From: a virus | Lineage: Duplodnaviria > Heunggongvirae > Uroviricota > Caudoviricetes | Reading direction: 5' to 3' (one strand) | Virus record (IMG/VR): IMGVR_UViG_3300048577_000420 | Location: 1-22,578 of that record | Length of the DNA: 22,578 nt | Shown: in pieces, positions 22,459 through 22,578 of the stretch | Numbering within the stretch: the stretch's first letter is position 1 | Layout: each line of letters opens with the position of its first letter | Made by a program: the position numbers and the translations under genes | The notes under the pieces: model-generated | The model's input: the letters and a program-made list of their open reading frames with translations, nothing else | What the model was told of the DNA's origin: nothing | The model's database searches: none

Positions 22459-22578
22459 GCGGCCGCCAGGTCACGCACGCCGTCGATGAACCAGCGAGCC
22501 CAGCAGTCGTGGATGGTCGGAAGGTGGTGCCGCTCCTGGCGGACGAAGGCCTCCCAGAGCACGCCCCACGCCTCGCCG
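22455..22578 (-). CDS. Partial CDS, 3' end only (...GEAWGVLWEAF...GVRDLAAA*)
   Basis: Open frame from the window edge to a TGA overlapping the next GTG; GC3 bias. Confidence 0.65.
   Translation of the reverse strand, partial: GEAWGVLWEAFVRQERHHLPTIHDCWARWFIDGVRDLAAA

Larger units (their letters stand above)
2708..22578. mobile_element. Prophage-like or integrative element, partial (continues beyond the right edge)
   Basis: Dense unidirectional array of short genes with GTGA/ATGA/TGATG overlaps, phage-type DNA metabolism genes and a candidate att at the left end. No hallmark structural gene or integrase in the window. Confidence 0.7.

Overview
High-GC actinobacterial sequence. From about 2.7 kb to the right edge it looks like one arm of an integrated prophage-like element. 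No integrase, structural or lysis genes fall in the window, so an integrative element is not excluded. From 22578 down to 4780 about 30 tightly packed, translationally coupled minus-strand genes form an early-type region. It encodes a C5 cytosine methyltransferase with a nested alternative-frame ORF, Ku, a minimal ATP-dependent DNA ligase, a MoxR/RavA-type AAA+ ATPase, a vWA protein, an orphan RuvB-like motor, a membrane/HTH protein and many small, often acidic hypotheticals. A 24-bp imperfect palindrome recurs in three intergenic gaps. Between 2.7 and 4.8 kb lie small cargo genes (HNH nuclease, lipoprotein), PafBC-type DNA-damage promoter motifs and a DnaA-box-like cluster. A degenerate tRNA-Leu-like 3' end plus a terminator at 2648-2726 marks a probable att boundary. 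Left of it are an AIPR-family defence gene and a membrane-anchored hypothetical. All family assignments come from motifs read by eye and remembered family knowledge; no searches were run.
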